Below are positions 19,201 to 25,900 of a DNA stretch of 64,000 nt, piece by piece (position 1 is the first letter of the stretch; each line of letters starts with the position of its first letter). The DNA comes from Saprospiraceae bacterium (lineage in GTDB: Bacteria; Bacteroidota; Bacteroidia; Chitinophagales; Saprospiraceae): the NCBI GenBank assembly GCA_016715245.1, contig JADKAS010000006.1, positions 20,870 through 84,869 on the forward strand, in the 5' to 3' direction. The translations under genes were made by a program, and so were the position numbers. The notes beneath the pieces are model-generated. The model saw nothing but the letters and a program-made list of their open reading frames with translations. It searched no databases and was not told the DNA's origin.

Positions 19201-19569
19201 GACATGATCCAACTTAACTCTAATGTAACAAGAGCTGAGTCTTATGTTGGTTCTACTATCAAAGTTCAGAATATCGGATTGACAGTAGGTTCTGTTGATG
19301 CAGCAGCTCAGATTGAGTTGTTCCAAAACGAACCAAACCCATTCAAAGCAACAACAAATGTAAACTTCTTCATGCCTGAAGCAGACAATGCAAGATTGAC
19401 TGTTTACGATGTAACTGGTCGAGTAATCAACGTAAGAAACATCAATGCAGTACAAGGTTTGAATACAGAAGCATACACAAGAGAGCAATTGGGTACTTCC
19501 GGTATGTTGTATTACAAATTAGAAAGTGGTGATTTCACTGCTACTAAGAAAATGATCATCATCGAATAA
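7243..19569 (+). CDS. giant (4108 aa) T9SS-secreted multidomain protein with N-terminal metzincin/reprolysin-like zinc protease
   Basis: Single uninterrupted ORF. Order of parts: signal peptide; HEIGHQFNANH zinc site; glycine-rich domain; Ig-like/PKD-like and HYR-like repeats; carboxypeptidase-regulatory-like domain; dockerin-like and cohesin-like modules; C-terminal LFQNEPNPFKATTNVNFFMP...LTVYDVTGRVI...KKMIIIE (T9SS type-A CTD pattern). Confidence 0.9.
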   Translation: MKDLMIPPTSRYYISFTKCVLMLTLLSFLPISQTEGQNWTPVESSEITIQTGSIDIVPNKFQLYRVNDAEIKAILDDAPTEEEKVDGDMSMGKNVIIKLGLPDGESEEFMIYEYKMMESGLASQFPDFKTYYGNSISNPLHHVRIDYTTHGLRAMILSPDGSIFIDHFQRNDKNHKIVYYKKDFSKPITWFCGVKGNGFSERDKNKIDSRIGDCGIRHQYRLAIAATGEYTTFHGGTVALAMAAIMTTMNRVNGVFEKDCAVRMILVANNSSIVYTNPATDPYTNGDPDMMINQNQANIDAVIGNANYDIGHVFGTNSGGLAGLGVTCAAGAKALGVTGSSAPIGDPFDIDYVAHEIGHQFNANHTQYNDCNRNNPTSVEPGSASTIMGYAGICPPDVQSNSNDYFSTASLYEIRPFVVSNTCDVEVVVTNSAPSVTALSNYSIPTSTPFVLTASASDPNGMLTYCWEQIDIFTGTLRTMPPAATNVDGPMFRSLTPIVSPLRYFPNLPDVLNNVNPTWEELPSVGRPMNFRVTVRDNFATAGCTGEAQNIVTTVAGTGPFLVTSPNTAVTYTGNSSQTITWNVAGTTAAPVSCANVNILLTTDGGTTFTSLASNTANDGSESITIPNITTSTARVWIQCANNIFYDVSNVNFTIQAALPPCADLVFPSCTTAVNIDFAGFGGAGFSPMPNANQLCSNHWAWTGWSNGNLAFGGTQTTANTDYTRGNTPGGVTTGGIYSLNNGALYIQPGGSDWAPGTATLRIQNTSGSNMTDMMVGYDLLVRNDQARSNSFNFSYSLDDITYTPVASLDFTSTAAADAMPTIVTVPRSTTLTGLTLANNAYIYFRWSGADVGGSGSRDEFGLDNLSFTPACNNCPSFTNFTPNNVTVVNSTCSAPTCMLMGGIINAAVNNCPSGSTLQYSTDAGMTWSTTVPVYDQDGPSQTVITRCNCDLNNAISSSPSNPVSTSPGTCPPSCNCTLNGMVSNVACNNSETTNTADDFITFDLIVTGGGGNSSMSITTTPGTPTPNSALAYNVTHSITMQPGSAGGGNIILLATDDNNSDCYTTMITDPGTCSNIDFTVSISDPCVCNNDATPAQNDGTFDEQITVLGPAGETITGTCTGCSPTALTFTETSPGVYESNIFTHIDNLGYNVSITAGNSQLNIGNKCAYPNVAIDPIGPLCNNGNPVALTAVITGDDGSGGYTWSGTGVSGSSFDPFNLAANNYTITLNYDGVDLGNVSPDGGITPAFPGCIQVATGSVTVLDSVAITQPPNQTLCANTSTNPVNFMSAPSNVKYSWTNDNTAIGLAASGMGNIPSFIATNPGSTPITANITVTAMVMDTFNFTGQVQQYIVPPGVTSIEIETWGAQGANGTVGNAPGNGGLGGYSKGTLAVTPGETLYLNVGGQNGFNGGGPAGIHIGTGAQTFPGNGGGGSDIRQGGAALANRVLVAAGGGGGGAANNNSCTSNAQRNGAVGGGLTGADGAGSANECTLPAAGGGMGANQVNGGIGGTFTFNCNNNTLPGFAGLLGQGGAGGNGGNNGCFPNSQGGPGGGGGGGYFGGGGGGAGFGGGGGSGSGGGGGGGSSYIGGVTNGMTTSGIKSGNGRIVINPGLYADCMPSPKTFTITVNPLPDPPVIPNITVCQGGSTLIVAGTITTPTGPPVSVTYNFEGDNPASTTTNNMFATGNNAVIGTGVSTLTFPQGCGSLDAMSANNWSQPTEVAAVANNDYFEFVVNNTSAVNTLVINGFSFSGRISTTGPTNWALYQGTTAIGFFGTTTSASTPTPCGNYTTNTLNLVVAPASNAIIRIYAWGNTPAQSTGTFRIDDVVVSGTSNPPSNNFKFYNVDPTGGMATPIFTGSQYDPMTTPATSPQSIWVTECSAAGCESLPTRVIVTVSANPTITIPTINPLCAPNFFNINNFNFNPNPPGGTFSYHNTLSDAQMDINPITSGLNNINTTRTIYVRYELANNCFTVGTLQFIVHPMPPPPVVPATVSTCAGESPLIKVNIDNYPVEYLWNFEGNITGNGISSQPTIAGNGPVQSAGAGLNSVGFQVAGSGCGDAITSAGYEAGNITLAAAVASQEYFEFCVGSALPGIIYAGVNGITIRHRASGTGPINWAVVASNNLTTPLASGIVGTGCTLHTGAFALNTATCYRVYYWGATSLSGTLRIDEFRVAANYQNNATYRFYTVNPTTNPNATPVFTGVCYQTNLTVQNGPTTYWVTCQNPVTGCVSNPSNVIAQVFPDPVVTVFNSCAGGSTVTFQVSGATSGTWGVSGGGTINPTTGVFTPTTAGCFTATYLAPGNCDDTKSFVVFPSAPAAPMISNTCNTSFVVPVLQPFGGFTAQYSFNGGNTWGTSNTSPTTPGCYQVVTRYILTNTCGTTLAGSVGPAACQQSGIREVVIFPAAPPAPVISNTCNTAITIPVLTAVTGFRPEYSFDGGMTWSTNNVSSTTPGCYATRSRYVLAAACGTPYPVGTTAPPACLQSPVTNAVIYPAAPVITMPPATCMTNFVLPTVTPVPNFTIEYSINGSSFTSTPMSTMAPGCYTIITRYVLTTTCGATLAGSPGPVACAQSNTVIANVLPIPDVLDQPDILVCNLELISPLPFISTVAVPTCLGTSIEYFWTNSNPDIGLPASGMGNIPPFTAQNPGLAIITVTPRITLNGVICEGTSISFNIVVHQPIALACNNGLNISVDRNCGIKAFVDMFLEGTYNDYFYSVRFFAYTGVEIDINDIHLFLGTRLQYEIIDNCNGNRCWGYVTFEDKYPPVIICPDFEVNCIEEPNLYLPINSPDFIGYPEIQDNCSGAEENLNMSYLETGNTCNKVIIRRWQTSDQSGNLSNECLQTIRVRPLSFSEIFIPNPLVFLECKTATDPASIVAATGDVRDGYAFVLIDGEPLPLTGQVCNIVGSYTDLPIEACGPHCHGNIKVIRTWQFIDWCQGIVSQPVTQLIKSADLEAPTFILKDTIVSTSPWYCAADFDLPRPWELHDNCDINPTYYVSGPGIVTITGNQVDGYRAKGAPKGQHIFCYTAEDCCGNISTQCMIVTVVDKTPPVPSTKQNIVLGLVSGGPGQDEGNAKLFTHHVDNYSYDMCSAVRLEIRRPAGAPQCNNDGRIDPVTGKPYNNNVTFNDNKPRLHQDDNIDDTDNGEFVKFCCEDLKTGVDIDGDGEVNIGYHEVILRVWDDGDMNAQWGSAGDNYNESWAYVKVEDKAPPVIQCPPNMTIHCDWAITYSSDLGSGAQSTEGVDFTKTGLPVAYGTCGPRPITFRDNTGQLNQCKLGNVTRDFFVTPAKAGVDPPSCRQVITILPSTSTQPWIVTPPSAAPVAITCADPTATEIKDNGPKWVNGPCDVIGENIKVHKFLFEDGVCIKWRVEYNYINWCYPEGHPDHARGPYFKDFMFFDNNKPVIDNCDPLMFGVDANCEHRLVLTNKATDTGGCNGDNGWLKWQVFIDLWADGSDDWEFSSFLPVGNDEANAANGNLAAIRDDNNNGIPDIYVAPTAENGIITITVPEIIVGKMSNHKVSWKVTDGCHNHTTCHQPVMVVDKKPPTPYCLSLSTALMADPDGTGPLRPMVELWAIDFNVGSFDNCTPQEDLLFTFNNWAPQVTDTIIDGRTVNIDVPHYFDVNGAVWPYPTTNADVLSRYNRGDLQLWLPNLRSSARVWTESVMAGERKIELPVMMSVWDKKFEVDFCMVNLTIICNTCPIEGSSRISGTVTTEEGKGVANVEIRLTTTGNPSNTSEMTDVNGYYSIQNIQASSGLLYPYKNTEHGNGVSTLDLVLIQRHILGIQKFESPYKIMAADVNNDTKINTVDLVELRKVILGASPVFTNKSWRFVDAKVTMDMNSVFPFYETVNVNINTATMDNMNYMAVKIGDVNGSASTDVINAQSETRTASRLDLTAAERSVEAGETFEIAVTAANFNEIFGFQYTMNLHGANFVDVVSGAIEVTESNVGVISSDVITMSYAAREAVSLRADEVLFTIVLKADKAGQFSDMIQLNSNVTRAESYVGSTIKVQNIGLTVGSVDAAAQIELFQNEPNPFKATTNVNFFMPEADNARLTVYDVTGRVINVRNINAVQGLNTEAYTREQLGTSGMLYYKLESGDFTATKKMIIIE
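8305..8337 (+). other. zinc-binding motif HEIGHQFNANH of the metzincin-like catalytic domain
   Basis: cat gaa ata gga cat cag ttt aac gcc aat cac, in frame with ATG 7243. HExxHxxxxxH spacing as in metzincins, with N where G is usual. GSASTIMGYAG follows about 20 residues later as a Met-turn candidate. Confidence 0.75.
11263..12075 (+). other. glycine-rich domain (resembles the bacterial/ALK-type Gly_rich family)
   Basis: TFNFTGQVQQYIVPPGVTSIEIETWGAQGANG...GGLGGYSKGTLAVTPGETLYLNVGGQNGFNGGG...GNGGGGSDIRQGG...RVLVAAGGGGGGAANN...GGGGGGGYFGGGGGGAGFGGGGGSGSGGGGGGGSSYIGG...SGNGRIVINPG. Confidence 0.6.
11884..11990 (+). repeat. GGC/GGT codon low-complexity tract (poly-Gly coding); (GGT)6 also at 11596-11613
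   Basis: ggtggtcccggcggcggtggcggcggtggt...ggcggcggcggcggcggtgca...ggcggcggcggtggtagtggatccggcggcggcggcggcggtgg. Includes a pure (GGC)5 at 11971-11985. Confidence 0.9.
14170..14970 (+). repeat. three tandem ~89-aa Cys-containing repeats (period 267-270 nt) inside giant gene 1
   Basis: FPSAPAAPMISNTCNTSFVVPVL...YSFNGGNTWGTSN..TTPGCYQVVTRYILTNTCGTTLAG..GPAACQQS; then FPAAPPAPVISNTCNTAITIPVL...YSFDGGMTWSTNN..TTPGCYATRSRYVLAAACGT...PPACLQS; then YPAAPVITMPPATCMTNFVLPTV...YSINGSSFTSTP...APGCYTIITRYVLTTTCGATLAG..GPVACAQS. Confidence 0.85.
18535..18690 (+). other. dockerin-like module
   Basis: NGVSTLDLVLIQRHILGIQKFESPYKIMAADVNNDTKINTVDLVELRKVILG. The second half fits the dockerin Ca-loop/helix pattern DVNxDxKINxxDLxxLxKxILG. 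Confidence 0.6.
18898..19300 (+). other. cohesin-like module
   Basis: TASRLDLTAAERSVEAGETFEIAVTAANFNEIFGFQYTMNLHGANFVDVVSGAIEVTESNVGVISSDVITMSYAA...VLFTIVLKADKAG. The pattern of a strand, then G-FQ-Y/F, then a strand resembles cohesin domains often found just before T9SS CTDs. Confidence 0.5.
19309..19566 (+). other. T9SS type-A C-terminal sorting domain
   Basis: QIELFQNEPNPFKATTNVNFFMPEADNARLTVYDVTGRVINVRNINAVQGLNTEAYTREQLGTSGMLYYKLESGDFTATKKMIIIE. Confidence 0.8.
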
Positions 19570-19594
19570 AGTTTTGACTGACAACCATAGTAAA

Positions 19595-19632
19595 AGAAGC
19601 CCTGGTGGAAATTCCACCAGGGCTTCTTTTTT
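19595..19632 (+). terminator. rho-independent terminator of giant gene 1
   Basis: agaagccctggtgg (19595-19608) / loop aaatt / ccaccagggcttct (19614-19627), a perfect 14-bp stem, followed by ttttt. Confidence 0.85.
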
Positions 19633-19918
19633 AATATTGATTACCAAATATAAACTTTGGACACCACATATCACTACATCAAAATAGATATATTTTAAAA
19701 TAATTGCAACTCAAGTAATTTAAATAACATTGATTTACATATTTAATATAAATATATATAATTATAGTTTATTTTATTTGGTAGACTTAAACTATTTGTG
19801 CACCTTTACACGATTTTTACAATACCGTCGTTTCGGTAATGGTCAATATATTAAGTAAGTCTACAACTTTTGATGTTCTATATATAAATAGGCTTTTTTA
19901 ATATTTTACCAAAAGACC

Positions 19919-22900
19919 ATGAGCGTAAAACCTAATTCCCCAAAATTTAGCTTTTTAGTAATAAGCTTTTTTCTTTTTTGTTGCAGTAGTTTATTTGCAC
20001 AGTTCACTTCGAAATCAGAATTGGCAAGACAAATTTTAATATCCAGGGCAGATGAGTTTAATCTGGATATAACCTCCCTTAATCAAATGCGTCTTTCCTC
20101 AGAAACGTACAGTAGATTAAGTAAATTGAATCATGTTTATTTTGAACAGCATATTGAAGAAATTCCGGTTTATAATGCCATTCTCAATGCGCATATCACT
20201 TCAAATGATGAGTTGCTCACAATAGGCAACAGGTTTTATTCCAATGCTTTAACAAATAAATCCCTGGGGTTGCCTCTCATTCCTCAACTTGAAGCTATAT
20301 CAAGAGTTTGTAATCATTTGGGATATTCATTTAATGGCAACCTTACCATAGTACAAAACATCGGAGGTCCAACTAAAAAGATTGTGTTTGACAAAGGAAA
20401 TATATCTCTTGAAAACATTCCTGTCAATCTGGTCTGGCAACCAATTTCTGAAAATTATCTGGTTTTAGCATGGAATGTCTCTATTTATGAAGCAAGTGCT
20501 CAAAACTGGTGGAATGTCAGAATTGATGCCGTTACAGGTGAAATACTTGACCAAAATAATTGGGTGGTTCAATGTAATTTTGACATGGATTGTGGTACAG
20601 ATCACAAATCTCTTGAAAACAAGAATACTAAGCATCATTTCATTCCAAAATCTGTTCAAAACCACAATACCCAGGATATTATTGTGATCCAGGGTACAGT
20701 TGTAGTGAGCCCCATGGATGGCAGTTCCTATCGGGTTTATCCGGAACCTATAGAAAGCCCCAACCATACCTTACCACTTCCCCCGGTAGATGGAAGAACT
20801 ACAGTTAATGAACCGGCTGATGCTACAGCTTCGCCATTCGGCTGGCATGATACCAACGGAGCTATAGGTGCAGAATTTACTACTACCCAGGGAAATAATG
20901 TACACGCGTATACTGACACCAATTTTGACAATATGCCAGATCCGGGATCCAGCCCCGATGGTGGAAGTGGACTTGACTTTCTTTTTCCTTTAGACCTTAC
21001 CATGGCCCCAAGTACTTATAGACCTGCTGCAGTTACCAATTTATTTTACTGGAATAATTTTATCCATGATTTTGCCTACGCTTTTGGATTTGATGAGGTC
21101 AGTGGTAATTTTCAGCAAAACAATTATGGAAACGGTGGATTAGGCGCAGATTATGTGCTGGCTGAAGCTCAGGATGGTTCCGGAACCAATAATGCAAATT
21201 TTGCTACTCCGCCGGATGGAAACAGGCCTCGTATGCAAATGTTCATTGGAACAAATCCGACACCGGATGTTGATGGTGATTTTGACAATGGCGTAATAGC
21301 CCATGAATACGCCCACGGTATTTCCAACAGATTTACTGGTGGTCCAGCCAATACTAGTTGCCTTGGAAATCAGGAACAAATGGGAGAAGGATGGAGTGAC
21401 TTTTATGCATTAATTACGACAATAGAACCCGGAGACTTAGGTACTGATTCAAGAGGTATAGGAACGTATTTATTTGGTCAGCCGCCAAATGGTCCTGGTA
21501 TCAGACCAACCCCTATTCTACCAATATGGCTATTAACACAGCAACTTATGACAATATAAAAACACTATCTATACCACATGGTGTAGGTTACGTCTGGTGC
21601 GGTATGATTTGGGATTTATTATGGAAAATGGTTGATGTTCATGGAAATCCGGCTGGTATTAACATTGCTATAAACCTTGTAAATGAAGGGATGAGATTAC
21701 AACCGTGCAGTCCTGGCTTTGTTGACGGAAGAAACGCCATTTTAGCTGCTGACGTTGCTATGTACGGAGGTGCTAACCGTTGTTACATTTGGGAGGTTTT
21801 TGCAAGAAGAGGGCTTGGTTTCAGTGCCAATCAGGGACTTTCAACAAGCAGAAGTGATGGAACCCAAGCTTTTGACCTACCACCATTTTGTATTTTTGAT
21901 GTAACCCCTGAAGTTGTTTCCATTTGCAAACCAAATAGTGCTCAATATACTGTATCTAATGGAACAGCTGAAACATTAACTTTATCTGCAACAGGAAACC
22001 CACCAGGCACAGTTGTATCGTTTCTTACTAACCCTGTCCCAACTAACGGGACCAGTATAATGACAATTGGAAATACAGCAGCCGCAGCCAATGGAACCTA
22101 TATAATAACTGTGACAGGAACTGGTATTTCAAATACTGTTACTGCAATGGTAACCTTAATTATCCAAAGTAATGTTCCTGGTGCACCAACATTGGTCACA
22201 CCTCTTAATATGGCTATGAATCAAATCAATCCTTTGTTGACATGGAGCCCTCAACCAGAATCAGAAACTTATAGCATTGAGGTAGCTACCGATCTGGGAT
22301 TTTCCAATATTATTGCAAGTGCAACGGGTTTAACGGTAAATATATTCCAGACAAATAATTTAATGTCAAATACTACATATTACTGGCGTGTGCGGGGTGT
22401 AAATGGATGCGGAACCGGTTCATATTCACCTATATTTTCATTTACAACAGCAAACATTGCCTGTATTACAATTGCCAGCACTGATGTACCTAAAACAATT
22501 GCGCCCGATCCCCCAAGTACAACATTATCAATATTGACATTCCCTAATGTTTGTGGAATTATTACAGATGTAAATTTACGAAATCTTAATATTACGCATT
22601 CATTTGTTGGTGATCTGAATATCGAATTAATCAGTCCTATGGGCACTGTTGTCCGGGTTTTCCAACAAGCTTGTGGTGGTTCAGATAATATCTTAATTAA
22701 TTATGACGACGAAGCAGCTTCGCCAACGATTCCTTGTCCACCAACAAACAATGGATTTTACATTCCATTTGCTGCTTTATCAGCTTTCGACGGGCAATCG
22801 CCTTCGGGAGTCTGGACTTTGCGTATTCTTGATGAAGCTCCTTTAGATGGTGGAACTTTAAATGCCTGGAGCCTGGAACTGTGTTATGCAAATACATTTA

Positions 22901-25900
22901 CTCCAGCTCCTATTGTTGTTACAGATAATTCCGGTAATACAGCAAATGATGGTATTTTGTGTCAGGGAGGAACAGCCACACTTACTGCTTCCGGAGGCAC
23001 TTCATACCTATGGAGCACAAATGAAACTACACCAGCGATTTCTGTCAACACCTCAGGCATGTATTCAGTTACAATAACAAGCGGAAGCTGTTCAGGTAGT
23101 GTATCAACCACCATAGTTGTCAATCCGAATCCAACGATTTCGGGACCGACATCAGTCGCTGTGGGGGCAAGTATAAATATTATGGGATCGGGTACCCCAG
23201 CCATGACAAATCCTTATATCTCATCCAACACTTTAATTGCTACAGTAAATAATGTGGGTTTAGTAACAGGCATAGCCCCAGGAATGACAGTAATTACATA
23301 TACAGATATTAATGGTTGTACTTCAACAAGAACAATAACAGTTTCTGCAATTACAACCTCACTTCCACCAAACGGAACTGCAAATGTTGCATGTCCGGCA
23401 TTGGCAATAGCTCCAACTCCACCAATAAATATTACGCCAATAAATCAAACTTGTCCTTTGGTACAACCTGTAGGCCCTACCATCACAAACAACCCTAATC
23501 CAATTAGTTGTGAAGGCACAAGGGAGTATGCTTATACTTACACCGATTGTGCAAATAATTTTATAGGAACATGGACGTTTACTTACACAATTGAGCGCCA
23601 ACCATTTACTTTACCAGCCAATGGCGCTGCAACTGTGGCTTGTCCTGCCCTGGCAGTTGCTCCTACTCTACCGACTGTTACAAGTAATTGTGGTGAAGTG
23701 TTAACTCCGGCTGCTCCTGTAGTTACGAATGTCCCAAATCCTTTGACTTGTGAAGGAACCAGAACCTATGCTTATACTTACACAGACTGTGAAGGCAATA
23801 CGGCTGTATGGAGTTTCGTTTATACTGTCGAAAGATCACCTTTCACAGTACCTGCAAATGGTAATGCAACAGTGGCATGTCCGGCTTTAGCAGTGACTCC
23901 TACTCCACCGGCAGTTTCAAGCAATTGTGGTGAGGTTATCACACCTACCGGCCCGGTAATTACCAATACTCCTAACCCTTTGACTTGTGAAGGAACCAGA
24001 ACCTATGCTTATACTTACACAGACTGTGAAGGCAACTTTTCTGTCTGGAGTTTTGTATATACCATAGAACGAAATCCATTTACAGTACCTGCAAACGGAA
24101 CTGCAACTGTTGCCTGTCCTGCTTTGGCAGTTGCTCCAACCCCACCAGTAGTTTTGAGTAATTGTGGAGAGACTTTGACGCCAACAAGTCCGGTAATTAC
24201 GAATGTTCCAAACCCAATCACTTGTGAAGGAACCAGAACCTATGCTTATACTTACACAGACTGTGAAGGCAAACTGCTGTACTGGAAGTTTCGTTTATAC
24301 TGTCGAAAGATTACCTTTCACTGTACCTGTAAAATGGTAATGCATCAGTGGCATGTCCGGCTTTAGCAGTGACTCCTACTCCACCGGCAGTTACAAGCAA
24401 TTGTGGTGAGGTTTTAATACCAACAGGCCCGGTAATTACCAATACTCCCAACCCTCTGACTTGTGAAGGCACAATCACCTATTCATATACATTTACGGAT
24501 TGTGAAGGTAATACTGCTGCCTGGAATTTTATTTATACGGTGGAAAGATTACCTTTTACTGTTCCCGCAAATGGAGCATCAATTATTTGCGGACTCGCGC
24601 AGGCAACTCAACCGGTTCCTCCTGTAATTACCAGTAATTGTGGTGAGATTCTAACTCCATCTGGACCAGTTAGAACTGATGTAATAAACAATGGTGGAGG
24701 AACCCGTACGTATACCTGGAACTACACTGACTGCGAAGGCAACACAGCTGGATGGAATTATGTATATACTATAAACCCGATTCCTGTTATTACCCTTCAG
24801 CCTGAAGACCAATCAATATGTATTGGTAGCGACGCCACATTTGTGGTATCTGCAACCGCTCCAGCACCGGCTACGCTTGGTTACCAATGGCAAAGATTTT
24901 CAGGTGGAGTTTGGAATGACATCCCTGGTGAAACAAATGCAACCCTGATTATCACAAATGTTGCAGCTGTGGATAATGAATCTTTATTCAGATGCATAGT
25001 GAGTAGTATAAACCTTAATGGTGTCAACTGCCCGGTAATATCTGATGAAGCGGTACTTTTTGTTCATATCCCGGTTGCACTCGCCTGTAATGACCATGTA
25101 CGCATCAGTGTAGATCAGGAATGTTCAATAAAATCTTATGTTGATATGTTTTTAGAAGGAACATATAATTTTAACTTTTACAGCGTTACCTTTAAAACAG
25201 ATGGTGGTGTCGAAATCGACATAAACGACATTCATTTATTTTTGAATCAAAGATTGAGACACGAAATTATTGATATATGCAATGGTAATAGATGCTGGGG
25301 TTATGTAACTTTCGAGGACAAATACCCGCCTGTTTTAAGTTGTCCTGATGTTACCATTTCATGTTTGGAGCAGGATCGATTATTCCTTCCTATTGACAAC
25401 CCTGATTTTATTGGCTTACCTGAATTGTCAGAAAATTGTGGAGATGCTTTGGAAAATCTCCATTACAACTATCTGGAAACAGGAAATACTTGTAATAAGG
25501 TAATTATCAGAAGGTGGCAGACGTCTGACCAAAGTGGCAACCTCTCCAATGAGTGTGTTCAAACTGTCACCGTTAATCCTCTTTCTTTCTCTGATGTATT
25601 CGTTCCAAATCCATTGGTTTTTCTTGAGTGTAAAACAGCTACAGACCCTGCATCTATCGTTGCTGCAACGGGTGATGTAAGAGACGGATATGCATTTGTA
25701 TTGATTGACGGAGAGCCTCTTCCTTTGACAGGTCAGGTTTGTAATATCGTTGGATCTTATACTGACTTACCAATTGAAGCATGTGGACCTCACTGTCATG
25801 GTAATATCAAAGTAATCAGAACATGGCAATTTATTGACTGGTGTCTGGGAATCGTTTCCGCTCCGGTTACTCAGTTGATCAAGTCTGCTGACCTTGAGGC

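Larger units (their letters stand above)
15268..19637 (+). repeat. direct repeat copy A (shared C-terminal stalk + stop + terminator), partner 25065-29452
   Basis: Collinear with copy B at offsets 9797-9815 nt. Example: 16705-16936 is identical to 26505-26736 (232 nt read base by base). About six substitutions in 15808-16060 versus 25605-25857. Confidence 0.95.

Noticed and set aside
16141-19488. Antisense ORF pairs that appear conserved between the two giant genes (16141-16407 / 25938-26204, 16699-16899 / 26499-26699, 17379-17690 / 27176-27487, 19138-19488 / 28953-29303)
   Set aside because: Their conservation is fully explained by the DNA-level duplication of the sense-strand stalk. They have no independent start context or promoter and lie inside a strongly supported 12-kb ORF.
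23360-24785. Possible CRISPR array, because of regularly spaced near-identical nucleotide blocks
   Set aside because: The units are contiguous 237-nt coding repeats (79-aa HYR-like domains) with no short repeat/spacer alternation. No cas genes are nearby.
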